Assembly (NCBI GenBank): GCA_030141605.1
Contig: JAQGDQ010001691.1
Coordinates: 1-29,190, forward strand
Length of the DNA: 29,190 bases
Source of the DNA: Tubiluchus corallicola
Lineage: Eukaryota > Animalia > Priapulida
Direction: 5' to 3'
Shown here in pieces: positions 9,803-26,328 of this stretch. The notes beneath the pieces are model-generated. The model saw only the letters and a list, made by a program, of their open reading frames with translations, searched no databases and was not told where the DNA came from. How positions within the stretch are numbered: position 1 is the first letter of the stretch; each line of letters begins with the position of its first letter. Position numbers and translations under genes: made by a program.

Positions 9803-12800
9803 TTACCTCTCCGAGCTTCTTGACCGACTTCTTGAGGGTGACCTGGCAATGAAAATAACAAGTACTAATAAGTATCAAACAACAGGAATTAATATTGTAA
9901 TGAACACAGATGATGTTGATAACGATAGAAATGTAGAGTTAATAACTAACAGTCAACCTCGGATGTAAGGTATTCGCCTATAAGGGACCACCTGCACCGG
10001 TCCGGATTTTTACTAACGTTTCTCCTATGTAAAAATCTTCGTACATAAGGTACACGGTTATGTAAGGCACTATATCTTCAGGTCCCGCGTAATAGAAACC
10101 CGGGTAAATTACCTCACATATAAGGGACGTATAATCAAAGTTAAACTGATCGATTTTTAACCTCAATTTTTCGCAAACTCGGCATTTAAAAACAGCTCTG
10201 TTTCCTCGGTCATATAGATCTCGCATCGCTGAAGGAGCTTCCTACATACCTTGCACTGAATGTGCAGCAATAATCAATAAAAATATGGGTAAAAGTACAG
10301 GTCTAGATACACCCTCGGTCTGACTCAACTTCGACTATAAGGGACAGTTTTTTCCGGTCCCGGAGGTGTCCCTTATATCCGAGGTTGACAGTAGTACAAT
10401 TTTAGATTATAAAATTAGTCAGAAGCTTTTTAAGCATCTTCCATACCAGCAGAATAGGTCCTTAGATGGTGGAGAGCACCTACAGAGCCATGGAAGCATC
10501 CATTGTGTATAGGTGTTGATATGCAAGTGCTTCACAATGGGTCAGACCATCGCAAGGGGTGTGAGGCATAAAAAACCGCGCTTCACTGTCGTCATGGTAT
10601 CTTTAGTTTGGAATGGGTTTAACAATATAAATTTGCTAGGGCAAATCCAGTACAAAATACATTCAGTTATTCACTGTAGAATGTAGATACTGTGATTTTA
10701 CATAACAAAATTTTAGTAAATTACAAATCTTCATGCCTTAAAGGCAATCAAATAGTTGTATCAAAACAAGATTTTTTGGTAATAAACGCAGCAAAACAAT
10801 TAATGAAGTGCTACACAGGTCTTACTATTAAAACTTACTATTAAAACTTTGTAAAATTATTATGTATGCATTCCCTTGCTATTCACAAAATATGTAGGGT
10901 CCTTTGGCATTACAAAAACTGTTATTTGTTTCGAAACTGGATTTTTAATAAAAAATACCTTTTAAATTGGTAATTTATAAGGACAATGCTGTCAGTGTTA
11001 CCTCTAAATATACACCACGATGGAAGAAAGCAAATTTTAGAGTTACTACTTTGTTAATTACTGATTTTATAAGTAGTAGCATATTATATGCTATCATGCG
11101 CCCCTTTTCTGTCTAGCCAACTGAATCTTTTTGCAACTTTTGATTTTAATTTTCCATGACTAAAAAGAATGGCAGTTGTTATAGTCAGTTTAATTCGCGG
11201 CTCAATGAACCCAGGAGCGAATTTACGGGACATTTACAGGATATACCTGCGATCGTCGGAGCGGGAACCACTTCGAGATCGACGGCCACGTCCAAAGTTC
11301 CTCCTTTCGGCTCTCAGTTCTGGACAATCGCGAGCCCAGTGACCGGTGCGACGACACTTGTAGCATTCGTCTCGCTGAAAAAATGATCACACATCTTTAC
11401 TTGTTGGCAACCATTTCAGCTTTTCATTAATTACATGTGAACAAGTATTTTAATAATAAGCCTTTTCACAGTTTTGTTGTGCGCATTCACACTGGCTATA
11501 GGTCAGTGGTTAACTATGCCACAGCAACGCGTCTTAACTACAATCGTCCAGGGATGAGAATGACAAATTGTAAAAAACTCTGAAACAGGCCGGCGGTTTG
11601 GGGGCCATCTAGGCCTCCAATGGGGTTCAAGGGGAGCCAGCAACAAATTGCAATTTTGTGACCGTAGAGAACCTCTAAGCGGACTTAAAGTATCAATTAC
11701 CTTGTTTCATGCTTAATTTAAAATACCCAACTATCAAAGATACATGATACTTAACTGTTTCAAAAACGCCCAAGTACTGGCCGCTCCTATGCAAAAGTAT
11801 ATAAAAACTGTCTGCAACTGACTCAAATAACTCCGCACAATTGATTCTATATTTTTATACATAGAGATAAACACGTGGTTACACTGATGTACGTGATGTA
11901 AACAAAGTGACGGCCTGCGACCTAGCGGTCAGCTTGTGAAATAATGTACTGGGTGCGTAAAAATTTTCGCATCGAATTTACGCGATTTACAAAAATGGCA
12001 CTACTGGTCTTCCAAAAACTCGGAATTCCGCGTATCCGCGGAAAATTCTCATCCCTGATTCTTACACTCACACATTATAGTACATACAACAGAAACATGA
12101 TACCAGTGTTCAAGGACGAACTTTTTGTATTTTTCTACTTCACTGTACCTGATTTGGACCACGGTCGCGTCCTCTGTCATATCCTCCTCTATCATAACCT
12201 CTATCGTATCCGCCCCCGCCATAGCCTCCACCGCCACCTCCATACCCTCCACGACTGCTCCGCCCTTGCCCGGGTCCACGAGCCCACTCGACAACAATGT
12301 TGTTTCCCAACAAATCTCTCCCATTTTCGTATTTCAGCGCATCCTGGAAGTTAAAAAATTTACATTTGCACTACTTATCTGCAAAGCAAATGACAATTGA
12401 TGACACAAACATAATTAAACTTGCGGTTCGTTAGTAAAAAACCAGCAACAATGCAAAAAATAGCTTTGTTAATTGCTAATTTTTTTCTTTACGAAAAGGA
12501 TTAAAATAAATCGAACAAAAAACAACATTTTCAAACGAGGAATTCTGAAACGCACGGAAATGTAAATGAAATACTTGTAGAACTGATACATGACAGTGGA
12601 GAGGCAAAAAAATTATCACACTTTACTGGGTTTCAAGGCTTAAACGGACACTCCACATGGCACCTCAACAGCGAATGGTCTATTTAACAAACATTCCCCA
12701 TGTTCTAACGAGTTTACATGAAAGATAACATAAAATTAAAAAAAATTAATTAGTGAAATAAAACAATGTTCAAAGGCAAATGAAAGCCAAGCAATGAACA

Positions 12801-15004
12801 CGTCAATTTACAATTAACAATCACAATTAGCAAACTGCAACATGAAGAAATTATTCGTTCGTTATTCGTAACACCAAAAATTATCATGCAGATCATTTTA
12901 GCACCAATCAATTATATTTAGTTGTTTACGATATATTACCATGACGTGGTTCTAGCCACACAACTAGTACTGATAAAATATCATTACCACAACGTACTTA
13001 TCACTAAATAGTAATTGTATAGACTACAGGGCTTTAGCTAGGGAAACTCCGAAACGATACAGGGTGATAGGTCGATTCCAGCTCAGAACAATGGCTACAG
13101 ACACTGAACGCGCAATACACTAGCTCCACCTAGACGGAGTTAGGGATACCAGGTAGCTGGAACTCCAAACAGGTTAGAACGGCTACTCCGTGAGACGGAC
13201 AGATAGACAACAAAGCCTAGCAATAGAGCAGCTGCAATGCAACAAGCAATCGGACTGGCCGCTCCAGAGACGGCAGCGATTAGTGTGGCTACTCCGCAAT
13301 GGAACGGACTCCACTGAACAGACAAAGTTGCTCAAAGCACGGAATTGTGTGACAAAACCTATTATAATCAACACTTGTTAAAAATCATCATGTTAAAATA
13401 CGATGTGGATTAATATTCATTATCTTAAAATGGCTAATAGACACCGTTTACTAAACATTTTGCAAGTTCTATGGTAAGAACTTGATATTTAATGTTTATC
13501 AGCGTAGAAAGAGCCCCGCGAAGAAAAGCAACTTTAAAACACAAAGACATTTTCATTGAAAATTAAACTGATTAATTTTACAAAACTAAGACGGCAGTCT
13601 GTCTAATCTCACTCACCTCAGCATCGCGACGATCCTCGTAATCTATAAAAGCATACGCTGGAAAAAAACAATTTTATTGGATAGATGAAAAAACTTGGAA
13701 ACAACTCGTGAATGCAATTTTGCAACTTTAACAAAATGTTCATCTTAGACATTCAGATTTTAATTTGTTGAATAAAGAGACTGAAAATTGTTACAAAAGA
13801 CGAGTACAATCCAAAACCCTTGTAGACTACTCACCCATTCCACTTCCTGTGTCCAGTGGTTGCAGTAGCATCACATGCAAAAAAATAAATAAATAACAGA
13901 ATTTAATTTAACAACAACTGTGAGCTTTTATCAAAAAGCAGGACTTTTATTTTCTCAAACAAACATTATACCTAAAACCCAATCCTCGAACAACATTTAC
14001 TGCATTTTAATATACAAATTAAAAATATTGAAATCACCACAGAATGCACGTGCATAAAATGCCTTCCTTAAAAATGTAAAAGAAATTTAAATATTTCTTA
14101 TCTCCGGCCCAAATCTCCGTCGCTGTTTATCTGAAAAAAATGACGTAAGCTGGTGCCTGCTGGGCAGCGTGAATGCTGTGTAGGTAAGCTGAAGGTACGC
14201 TCGCAAAATTTCTACTGTTCACTCAGAAGATCCGTTATTCTAGTATTGCGTTTAAGGGTTACACAGTTTTAATCCACAGGATTACACCTTAAAATGTGTA
14301 AGTAGAGTACACTAATTACGTAAATAATAAATTTACAGATTTTTGTTGACTTTCAGGTATGCAGGCAAACCTGAGAGCATACAGTAGGTGCTGGGCAGAT
14401 CGTTTTTTCCTAAAACACACAGAGCGTTCAATGAATATTGTGATACAATACAAGTTAAATTACTGCACTAGTTGTACTACAATAAACACGATCGAAGGCT
14501 TCTTCAAAATCCAATAATAAGATAAATAGTTTCCGTTTCGTATTAAGGTTAAGGTTTGCAAGGTTAGGATTTGCTCAATGCAATCACTTCCTGATTGGCC
14601 ACCTGCTTGTTCGGGTTCAGGATTTATCCAAAACTTCGACCACTCGTTTATTAAAGAATCATATAGTTTATAACAGCCTTGAATTTTATGCCTCTATAGT
14701 TTCTGCACAAATAAATATCGGTACACAACAGAACTTCTCTTCTGAGCCTCTAAGGCTCGCTGAAGTTTGAGTGTGATTGCTGACAAATTTTCGCTTCTGT
14801 TAATTGTGGTTAGAAACATTCTGTTAACCTTTTTGGTTAGACGGTTAGTATCAAAATTACATAAATGTAATAAAAACCCATACCGTAATTACCATATTTA
14901 ATTTCACATCTGGTCATCTTTCCGTAATACTCAAATATCTTCTCCAAATCTCGTGTGCGCGTATTTCTGTGAAGTCTTCCAACAAATAAACTTGAAGGAC
15001 CCAT
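9803..15004 (-). CDS. SR splicing factor paralog C (RRM + Gly/RGG + CCHC zinc knuckle + short RS tail), 175 aa. Exons 15004-14893, 13846-13835, 13657-13617, 12343-12149, 11374-11247, 9842-9803
   Basis: GT-AG introns with consistent phases; 528 nt in total. Protein MGPSSLFVGRLHRNTRTRDLEKIFEYYGKMTRCEIKYGSGMAYAFIDYEDRRDAEDALKYENGRDLLGNNIVVEWARGPGQGRSSRGGYGG...RGPNQRDECYKCRRTGHWARDCPELRAERRNFGRGRRSRSGSRSDDRRSPSRSRSRSSER*. The last exon end is less certain because AG|GTAAAA could be a donor. Confidence 0.92.
9950..10391. mobile_element. Tc1/mariner (pogo/Tigger-like) MITE, copy 2, same orientation as copy 1
   Basis: CAGTCAACCTCGGAT ... ATCCGAGGTTGACAG|ta. The body aligns with 8971-9442. Confidence 0.87.
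11549..12057. mobile_element. hAT-like MITE in intron 4 of paralog C
   Basis: Perfect 13-bp TIRs CAGGGATGAGAAT / ATTCTCATCCCTG. No clean target-site duplication is recognisable. Confidence 0.6.
12998..13358 (-). other. Putative poison (PTC/NMD) cassette exon in intron 3 of paralog C
   Basis: Homologous to 1762-2127 while the flanking intron is not. Acceptors TAATAG|GTTT (13358) and TTCAG|TGGAG (13313), donor TGATAA|GTACGTT. In-frame stops follow both acceptors. Confidence 0.72.
13835..13846 (-). other. 12-nt frame-preserving microexon (G-S-G-M) in the RRM loop before RNP1
   Basis: acag|GAAGTGGAATGG|gtgagt. The paralog has acag|GCAGTGGAACGG|gtgagt (4399-4388 and 869-880). Confidence 0.88.
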
Positions 15005-15940
15005 TGTTACTCTCGAAATTTACTCTTTTTTGCTCTCGCGTTAATCTCGTACGCAGGTATGCTCCGCTGCGCAAACTTGATTGCGTATTTGCGACATATT
15101 CAATTTAGTTCAGTTCAATTCACTTTCTTTGCACAAACTCATTTTGCAAACATTTGTTGACGTTACAAAAATATAAGAGAACGCAATTTTGTTATTATGT
15201 TCTTTCATTTATTTCAACATAATTATCTTAAGTGCAAATTAATACAAAAGAAACTTCTCAATGTCAGGTATATGCGTTAAAATTTGAAAGTTTTAACCAT
15301 AATTGTCACCATTATGGCTTACATTTACGCAGGGTTGTGTCATAGAAGTATACCATAGAAGTATAGAAGAATTGCGGCAGTCTTGCGCAATTTCTTTAAA
15401 ATTTATGGGCATTTCATGTTCGATTAAAACACATTTCTTTTTTACATTCTGTCTAATCGAAAGCCATTGCCGGGGCTTTGCATAGAATACTAGACTTATG
15501 GTTTCATCAAAAACGGCAAAGGCCTGAAGATTATTCGGGGCCGACTGAATGACTGTTTTGTGGTGAACGTAAATTTAAAGGACTAGAAAACACTTTCCAT
15601 GAAGAAAGCTTAAAAAATTCCTCATTGAATGTTATACCACTTGCAAGATGTTTATTGCATCCAACGCTTGTATTACAGCAACACTGTATAAAATTTGTGA
15701 ATTTAAACTCCGACGACGACTATTAAGTACAACTATTGAGTAAAATTTAAAGAAATAATCAATAATCAATGTATTCGTACTACACTCTTCTCTAATTAAA
15801 CAAAAGTTCCAATTACTTTTTTTGCCAATAAGATCAATAATATGTTATTTTTTTGCGAATCAGTAGTACACATTGGGATGGTGATGTTGTGTCGTTTTAG
15901 CAGGTGGCATGAACATTTGAAATTATTAAGAATTTTGTTT

Positions 15941-16128
15941 TCAATCAAACAATTTATTTCACTCCAGCAATACATATACAATACATCAACATTCAATATT
16001 ATTGAAAAAAAGAAACAGTATAGGTAAAAAACGTTGAAGTCAAATTTACCAAATAAAAGAGTTGTTGTATGACACCTTGAAAGCTTGGCTTATTAGGGTG
16101 GCAGAAATGAGTGAATGAAAGAATGGTT
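15941..16128 (-). mobile_element. Dispersed repeat, probable retroelement 3' end (copy 2, more 5'-truncated)
   Basis: Matches 3711-3906 and stops within the first unit of the ~92-bp tandem repeat. Confidence 0.65.
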
Positions 16129-16829
16129 TCCAATGACATAAATTATTCAAACACGATCTTGTGTAACGTATAGAAATAATTTGTCTAGGGGAATTTCGCT
16201 TTAAAATTCATTTTCTTTCCCTTTAATGCTAATGATCAATCATGTAATGACGAAGACAAACATATAGCTGTAATAAGGACGTAACTGTGACGGTACAATT
16301 ACGATTTAAGATTAGAATAACAAAGATAAAAATCATACAACAAGCCTACTAAAATTTCAACATTACAAAGACGATGTGTTTGGCACATAATCGCGTCTGG
16401 CAAAGCAAAACATGTGTTGGAGAGGAAAGCTTGAACACTTAATGCAAGCTCACTCCATATACACTGTTGATTGAGACTGGACGCGTTTCTAAATCTCATC
16501 GGTTACACGTTTAGTCTGATTTTATCAAAGCCATTTAACGCCAGGTGGAACCTCCTTTTTGCAACTTCGGTTTTGGAGAGAAGGAAGCGCTGCACTTGAT
16601 CAATTTTGGGTCAGAAAGGGTAGACGGAGTATGCTTGTATATCTTAACAGAACATGCCCAATCAGCCACACGTACTCTAGAAGTAACGCACCACCGTGAC
16701 ATAAGCCGCAGCTAACTATTGCCGTGCATATTAAGCTGCTATGAAAGCTCAACCTTTCATTTGTTTGCGGGAAAGACATTAGCCTGGTTCTAAATTTTAT
16801 TATTGTCGATTGAAATTGCAAGTGTATTA

Positions 16830-16945
16830 GAAGAAATATATTACTGTTTTTTAAAAGACGAAATACGTAAAGCAAAAAAGTGGATAAAAGCTTGTGGACG
16901 ACCACGTGATCAGTTAAATGTAAAAATACATCGCAGTTATGCTAG
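16830..16945 (+). mobile_element. Degenerate THAP-domain fragment, probable DNA transposon relic
   Basis: YCFLKDEIRKAKKWIKACGRPRDQLNVKI resembles the THAP core (F-P-K...W(I/V)xAxxR). The C2CH ligands are not recognisable. Confidence 0.5.
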
Positions 16946-18264
16946 TATTCGTGCATTCAAACGCAAGAGAAACATTCGTAAATATTTTTTGCCCATTTGT
17001 CTTAATAACGTACTTGCTGGCTTAGTTCATTTACAATAACGATCCAATTTGACACTCATGCCTGTGCATTTATAGTTCTTTGAGAATTTTTCTGCTTAAA
17101 TTGTAAAGCCATTTCTTGGCTACTTGAAGTTTTAATTTCGTGTAAAAATAACAGCTACTCTGGAAATTTTTGCGTATGGAAAACCACAACCATTTTAATT
17201 GCTAATTAGACATTAGTTCTCATGTTGTTTACTAAAGAGGATTGTTATTCGACGCGTGCTTACATCACAACGTGCCCTGTGAAGACTTCCGCTGTTGTAG
17301 AATTATATAGATAGATTTTGTGGATATATTTTAGCAGATTTCTTCTATTTTAGAATTCTGCCTGGCCAATGTCTACAATAGACGTGACGGGCGTATGATG
17401 ATGATGATATTTTAGCAATGTGTACAATACACGTGACGGGCATAAGCAAAAGCAATATTTTAGCAGCATTTACATAGCTTGAATTAAACTTAGAGCAATT
17501 TTTTTAAATAAACAAGAATAGCTAAATTTTGTTGATTCAATAAAAATATTCTTTAAGAAATATCACTATTTTGTTATTTATTGCAAACCAATTAGCACAT
17601 TTCAACGCAACCGTAGTGAAAAATCATGTTATGCATCAACCAAGTTAGCTGCCCTGATAACGTCAGACGGACTTATCTGCCTTTTGTAATGGCGGTAATA
17701 GTAAACCTGATATGAATTTTGATCATTACATATTATTGCTACAATCGCAGATCGCTCGTCATCTATTCCTGCTTCACTTCCGAAGAGAATCGATGCTGAT
17801 AATGTTAAAGAACTTTTCTTGATCTTGGCCTATGATGGGATAGTGAGCACAAATCAGCTTCTGCAATGTGCTGCTATTGCCAGTGACCTGGCCCCTGTGG
17901 GTCTACAAATTTGCTGTGTGAAATTGCGATTTTTGCTAGGTGATAAACTTCTAAGTTTTTTTTTTACTAAAATGGTGCAATTTTTTTATTTTTGCTGAGT
18001 TTGTGATTTTTGTTGAGTGCATTTTCATGAAAAAATGCCACAAACTTTACACAACGTTGGACCTGAGTTGCAGTTTCTGAATGTCCACGATGCTGAAAAC
18101 CATTGTATACAGTTATTCTTGGGAAATTGATGTTCGTTTCAGATCACAATCACTCTGGCTCATGCTGGACTTACATAGAGGCAAACAGAGATATCCATCA
18201 GACCACGGTTGCACTCGTGGTTGAACTCATTATGGGTTGTGGTTGGTTTTTCTGATTGTAAAAC

Positions 18265-18643
18265 ATTCAATCCAGTTAAAACTGCAAGCACTTTGGCAGT
18301 ATAATAAAACGTAAAAAAGCATAGACATTTTACGCAGCAAATAATAATTTTATTACTAATATTTCGGTCGTAATAAATACTAACAGGAAACAATAACAGC
18401 TAAAAAGATATTTCTACTCAGTTTTAAGATATACTACTCACCCTTAATGCATAATTCAATCGAGTTAAAACTGCAAGCACTTTGGCAGTATAATAAAACG
18501 TAAAAAAGCATAGACATTTTATGCAGCAAATAATAATTTTATTACTAATATTTCGGTCGTAATAAATACTAACAGGAAACAATAATAGCTAAAAAGATAT
18601 TTTTACTCAGTTTCAGATATACTACTCACCCTTAATGCATAAT
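18265..18643. repeat. 189-bp tandem duplication just downstream of the chitin-deacetylase-like stop codon
   Basis: ATTCAATC(C/G)AGTTAAAACTGCAAGCAC... starts at 18265 and 18454. The copies differ by a few substitutions. Confidence 0.95.
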
Positions 18644-18734
18644 CTATATACGCTACAGTTTATTAAAGTATCAGTATTGCTTTCGTATCAGTATCAATGT
18701 GTGTTTACAAAGTTATTTTGAACATCATTATAAC

Positions 18735-23609
<4,875 letters not shown>

Positions 23610-23637
23610 GGCTGGTGTGAACCAAGTCTCAATGAAC

Positions 23638-23673
23638 GAATGAAACTGAAAGTGCGTCACATTGCCTTATATA
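23638..23673 (-). promoter_or_regulatory. TATA box (TATATAA 23673-23667) and Inr-like TCAGTT/TCATTC for the chitin-deacetylase-like gene
   Basis: TATA lies ~30 nt upstream of the Inr-like motifs and ~60 nt upstream of the ATG (GCCATG context). Confidence 0.65.
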
Positions 23674-26208
23674 GTACGTCTGTCTTTGTTTGGTCCATCT
23701 CACACGCTACTTATTCATTCAGGACAACATTTGCATCAAAGTGGACTGAGAATTCAGGTCAGACAAAACAGAAGAAAAGCGCTGTCGTACAATTTATAAC
23801 GACAATTCCGTTTTTAGAAACAATGGCTGTGTGAGTGACACGTTACTATGAAGAGCGGACGACTGGACGTTTCCCACGAGGGTGGGGGAAGGTGTTGAAC
23901 CTACATTGCAGCGTTGTCATCTGATCGTATGAGAAGTGTCAGCGAGTTCATAAAATTTTAATAATAAATTTTGTTTTTAATGTATGTAAGAGATTAATCA
24001 TATTTTTAACGCTAAATTGCAGTAAGTACGAACGATATAATATTGGAAACAATTAATAGCTAAGGCTTCAACTTCAGATAGTGTAGTTTTGAGCTTGGTT
24101 TAATTTCAACATTAAGGTATGATAAGTTGTTATTAGACATACTTGCAATTCTGTTTAGTTTTCTTTCACTCATTCTCTTATACCGCTTATCATTCGCGCA
24201 TGCTTATTAATTTTGAGAAGAAATTACATATATACGTATCTATGACGTTTAAACTCTGCATTAAACTTAAACGTGTTTTTGCTTTTCCATTTTCAGTTTT
24301 ATATTATGTCCACCTTGCACCCCTTGAAAAATAAACTCCGTCGGCGTAGACATTTAATTTCTCTCAAGATCATAGCTATTTTGCATAGGCGTAGGAAACT
24401 AAGCTTTAATGGTGATTTAACCCTCTAATTATCTGCGCTTTGCCTTGCAGCATCTGTCATTCAGGGTGATTCTAGTTTATAATGACGAAAGAACGTGAAA
24501 ATTATAGAACTCTGAAACGCGTAGGCAACATTATCTTAGGAAGATTAACATTTGCTGACTGTCGATGCTTTGCGTACTACAAACTTTGCTCGTTAGAACA
24601 TTATGGAATAGCAGCTTCACGCGAGTCATCCCATCGTTTAAAATTGGAAACTGCTAGGATGGAATAGAAATCCACATTAATCAAGGGCTTTGCATATGTG
24701 GCAGAGATATACAAGATGAGCAACATGTATTGTTAGATTGTCATCTTTCTGAACATTTGTAATTTATTTTGTAATTTGTATTTTATTATCCAATCCAGCA
24801 TATAATTTTAATTATTATTTATTTTATCATCCTGTAACTATTATGCATTGTAACTAAGAAAAATTAAATATAGTTACAATAATTGTAACAGAACTATATT
24901 AGTATACTATAGCATGATATATTTAGGGAAAAAATTCCAAATATAATTACAAAAATTTAACAGTAGTGTACTAACATAGTTACTAAACTACATAATAGTT
25001 TGTCAACAAGAAATAGATGCTGCATGGTGGTCAAGAAGCAAAGCTTGTAAGACCACCATGAAAAGTGAAAAAACGACTTAATTTACAAGAGAGAGAATTA
25101 TATAAAAGCAGGGAGTAGTTAAGATTAAAAAAAAAATAAACAGAGATAGAGAACAAGAGAAAAGAAATGAATCAGAAACAAGTTGAAACCAGTCCAGAAG
25201 TTGAACATTTTAGAAACCAGTCCTTTAATTATTATATTTGATTTAATGAACTCAAAAAATACTTTTCTGTGCATTCGTACAAAGTTTTAAATTTATTTTG
25301 ATGTAAAAAGTGGATAAAATTTGTTTGCCACGCGCTCTAACTTTATAGCTTACAAGATGGACATTTATTATAAGGTTGTTAATTTCATAGTCCCTGTATT
25401 AATCTCATTAAATAAACTAACTAACTGATACGCGTTGCAATGGGGGAAGGAAACGTTGTTTTTTCGTGTCCAACTTACTTTTTGTTACTTTTAAAATTTC
25501 TCGGCAAAACAACACAAAACACCGGTACTAACCCATAAAATCCTGACCTTGAAACGAAACTAAACAATGGCTGCACAATTACTTCCAAACATCTGCATGT
25601 ACAGTAAGTATGATTTATTGTTGGTTAATTGTTTTCACTGTTTCTTGTTTATTATCTTCAACGAGTAACTTTCGCTGGATATAATTGCTCCTCGTTTGTC
25701 GTTTTAACCTGATTTTAATTGCGTCAGTCTCCAAGGCTATGCGGAAACAAACAAGTTGTCACAGATTTAGACAATAGTTGACGAAAACAAAAACGACAAT
25801 CGAGTACTTGGTTTTTTCTTCGTTAAAACTTTACATAGCACTGGCTTTCACAGGTATTTTGTCACGTTTAAGAGAAACTAACGATTGTACAGCATCGCAT
25901 GTAAGCTTTTTGTCCTGTCTATGTTATGAGCAAGAAACGAAACCAATAAACACCTAGTACGTTAAAAGAAACTGTTCTTTCAAACTTCGAAAGTGAGTGG
26001 ACAGTTCGAACTGGACAGTGGAGATACTTATGTCGTTAATAGACGTTGCCAACACATGAATTAGTTGCACACCATACTAACATATCATATTCTCACTTAA
26101 TTGTATATGCTCATGTTGCTTACTAATCTTGTTAATTAATGCTATTTTACTTGTTGATGTGTTTGTATATTTGATGTGATTGTACCACGAGTACAAATAA
26201 ACATGATT

Positions 26209-26294
26209 TATCTATATCTATGTCTATGTCTATGTCTATGTCTGTGTCTGTATCTGTGTCTATATCTATATCTATATCTATATATCTATATATA

Positions 26295-26328
<34 letters not shown>

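Noticed and set aside
10430-10610. GC-richer patch in intron 5 of paralog C, as a possible extra exon
   Set aside because: No RS-type frame with suitable splice sites on the - strand, and exons 5 and 6 join in phase without it.
13030-13090. tRNA/snoRNA-like reading of the conserved intronic block (GGTCGATTCC)
   Set aside because: No cloverleaf or convincing C/D or H/ACA boxes are shared by both copies. Conserved splice sites explain the block better, though an Rfam search is still advisable.
17367-17466. Two ~48-bp direct repeats (TACAATA.ACGTGACGGGC...ATATTTTAGCA)
   Set aside because: Short degenerate duplication with no supportable function.
17735-17985. Stop-free frame without a start codon (ADRSSSIPASLPKRIDAD...)
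   Set aside because: No recognisable domain and no partner exons.
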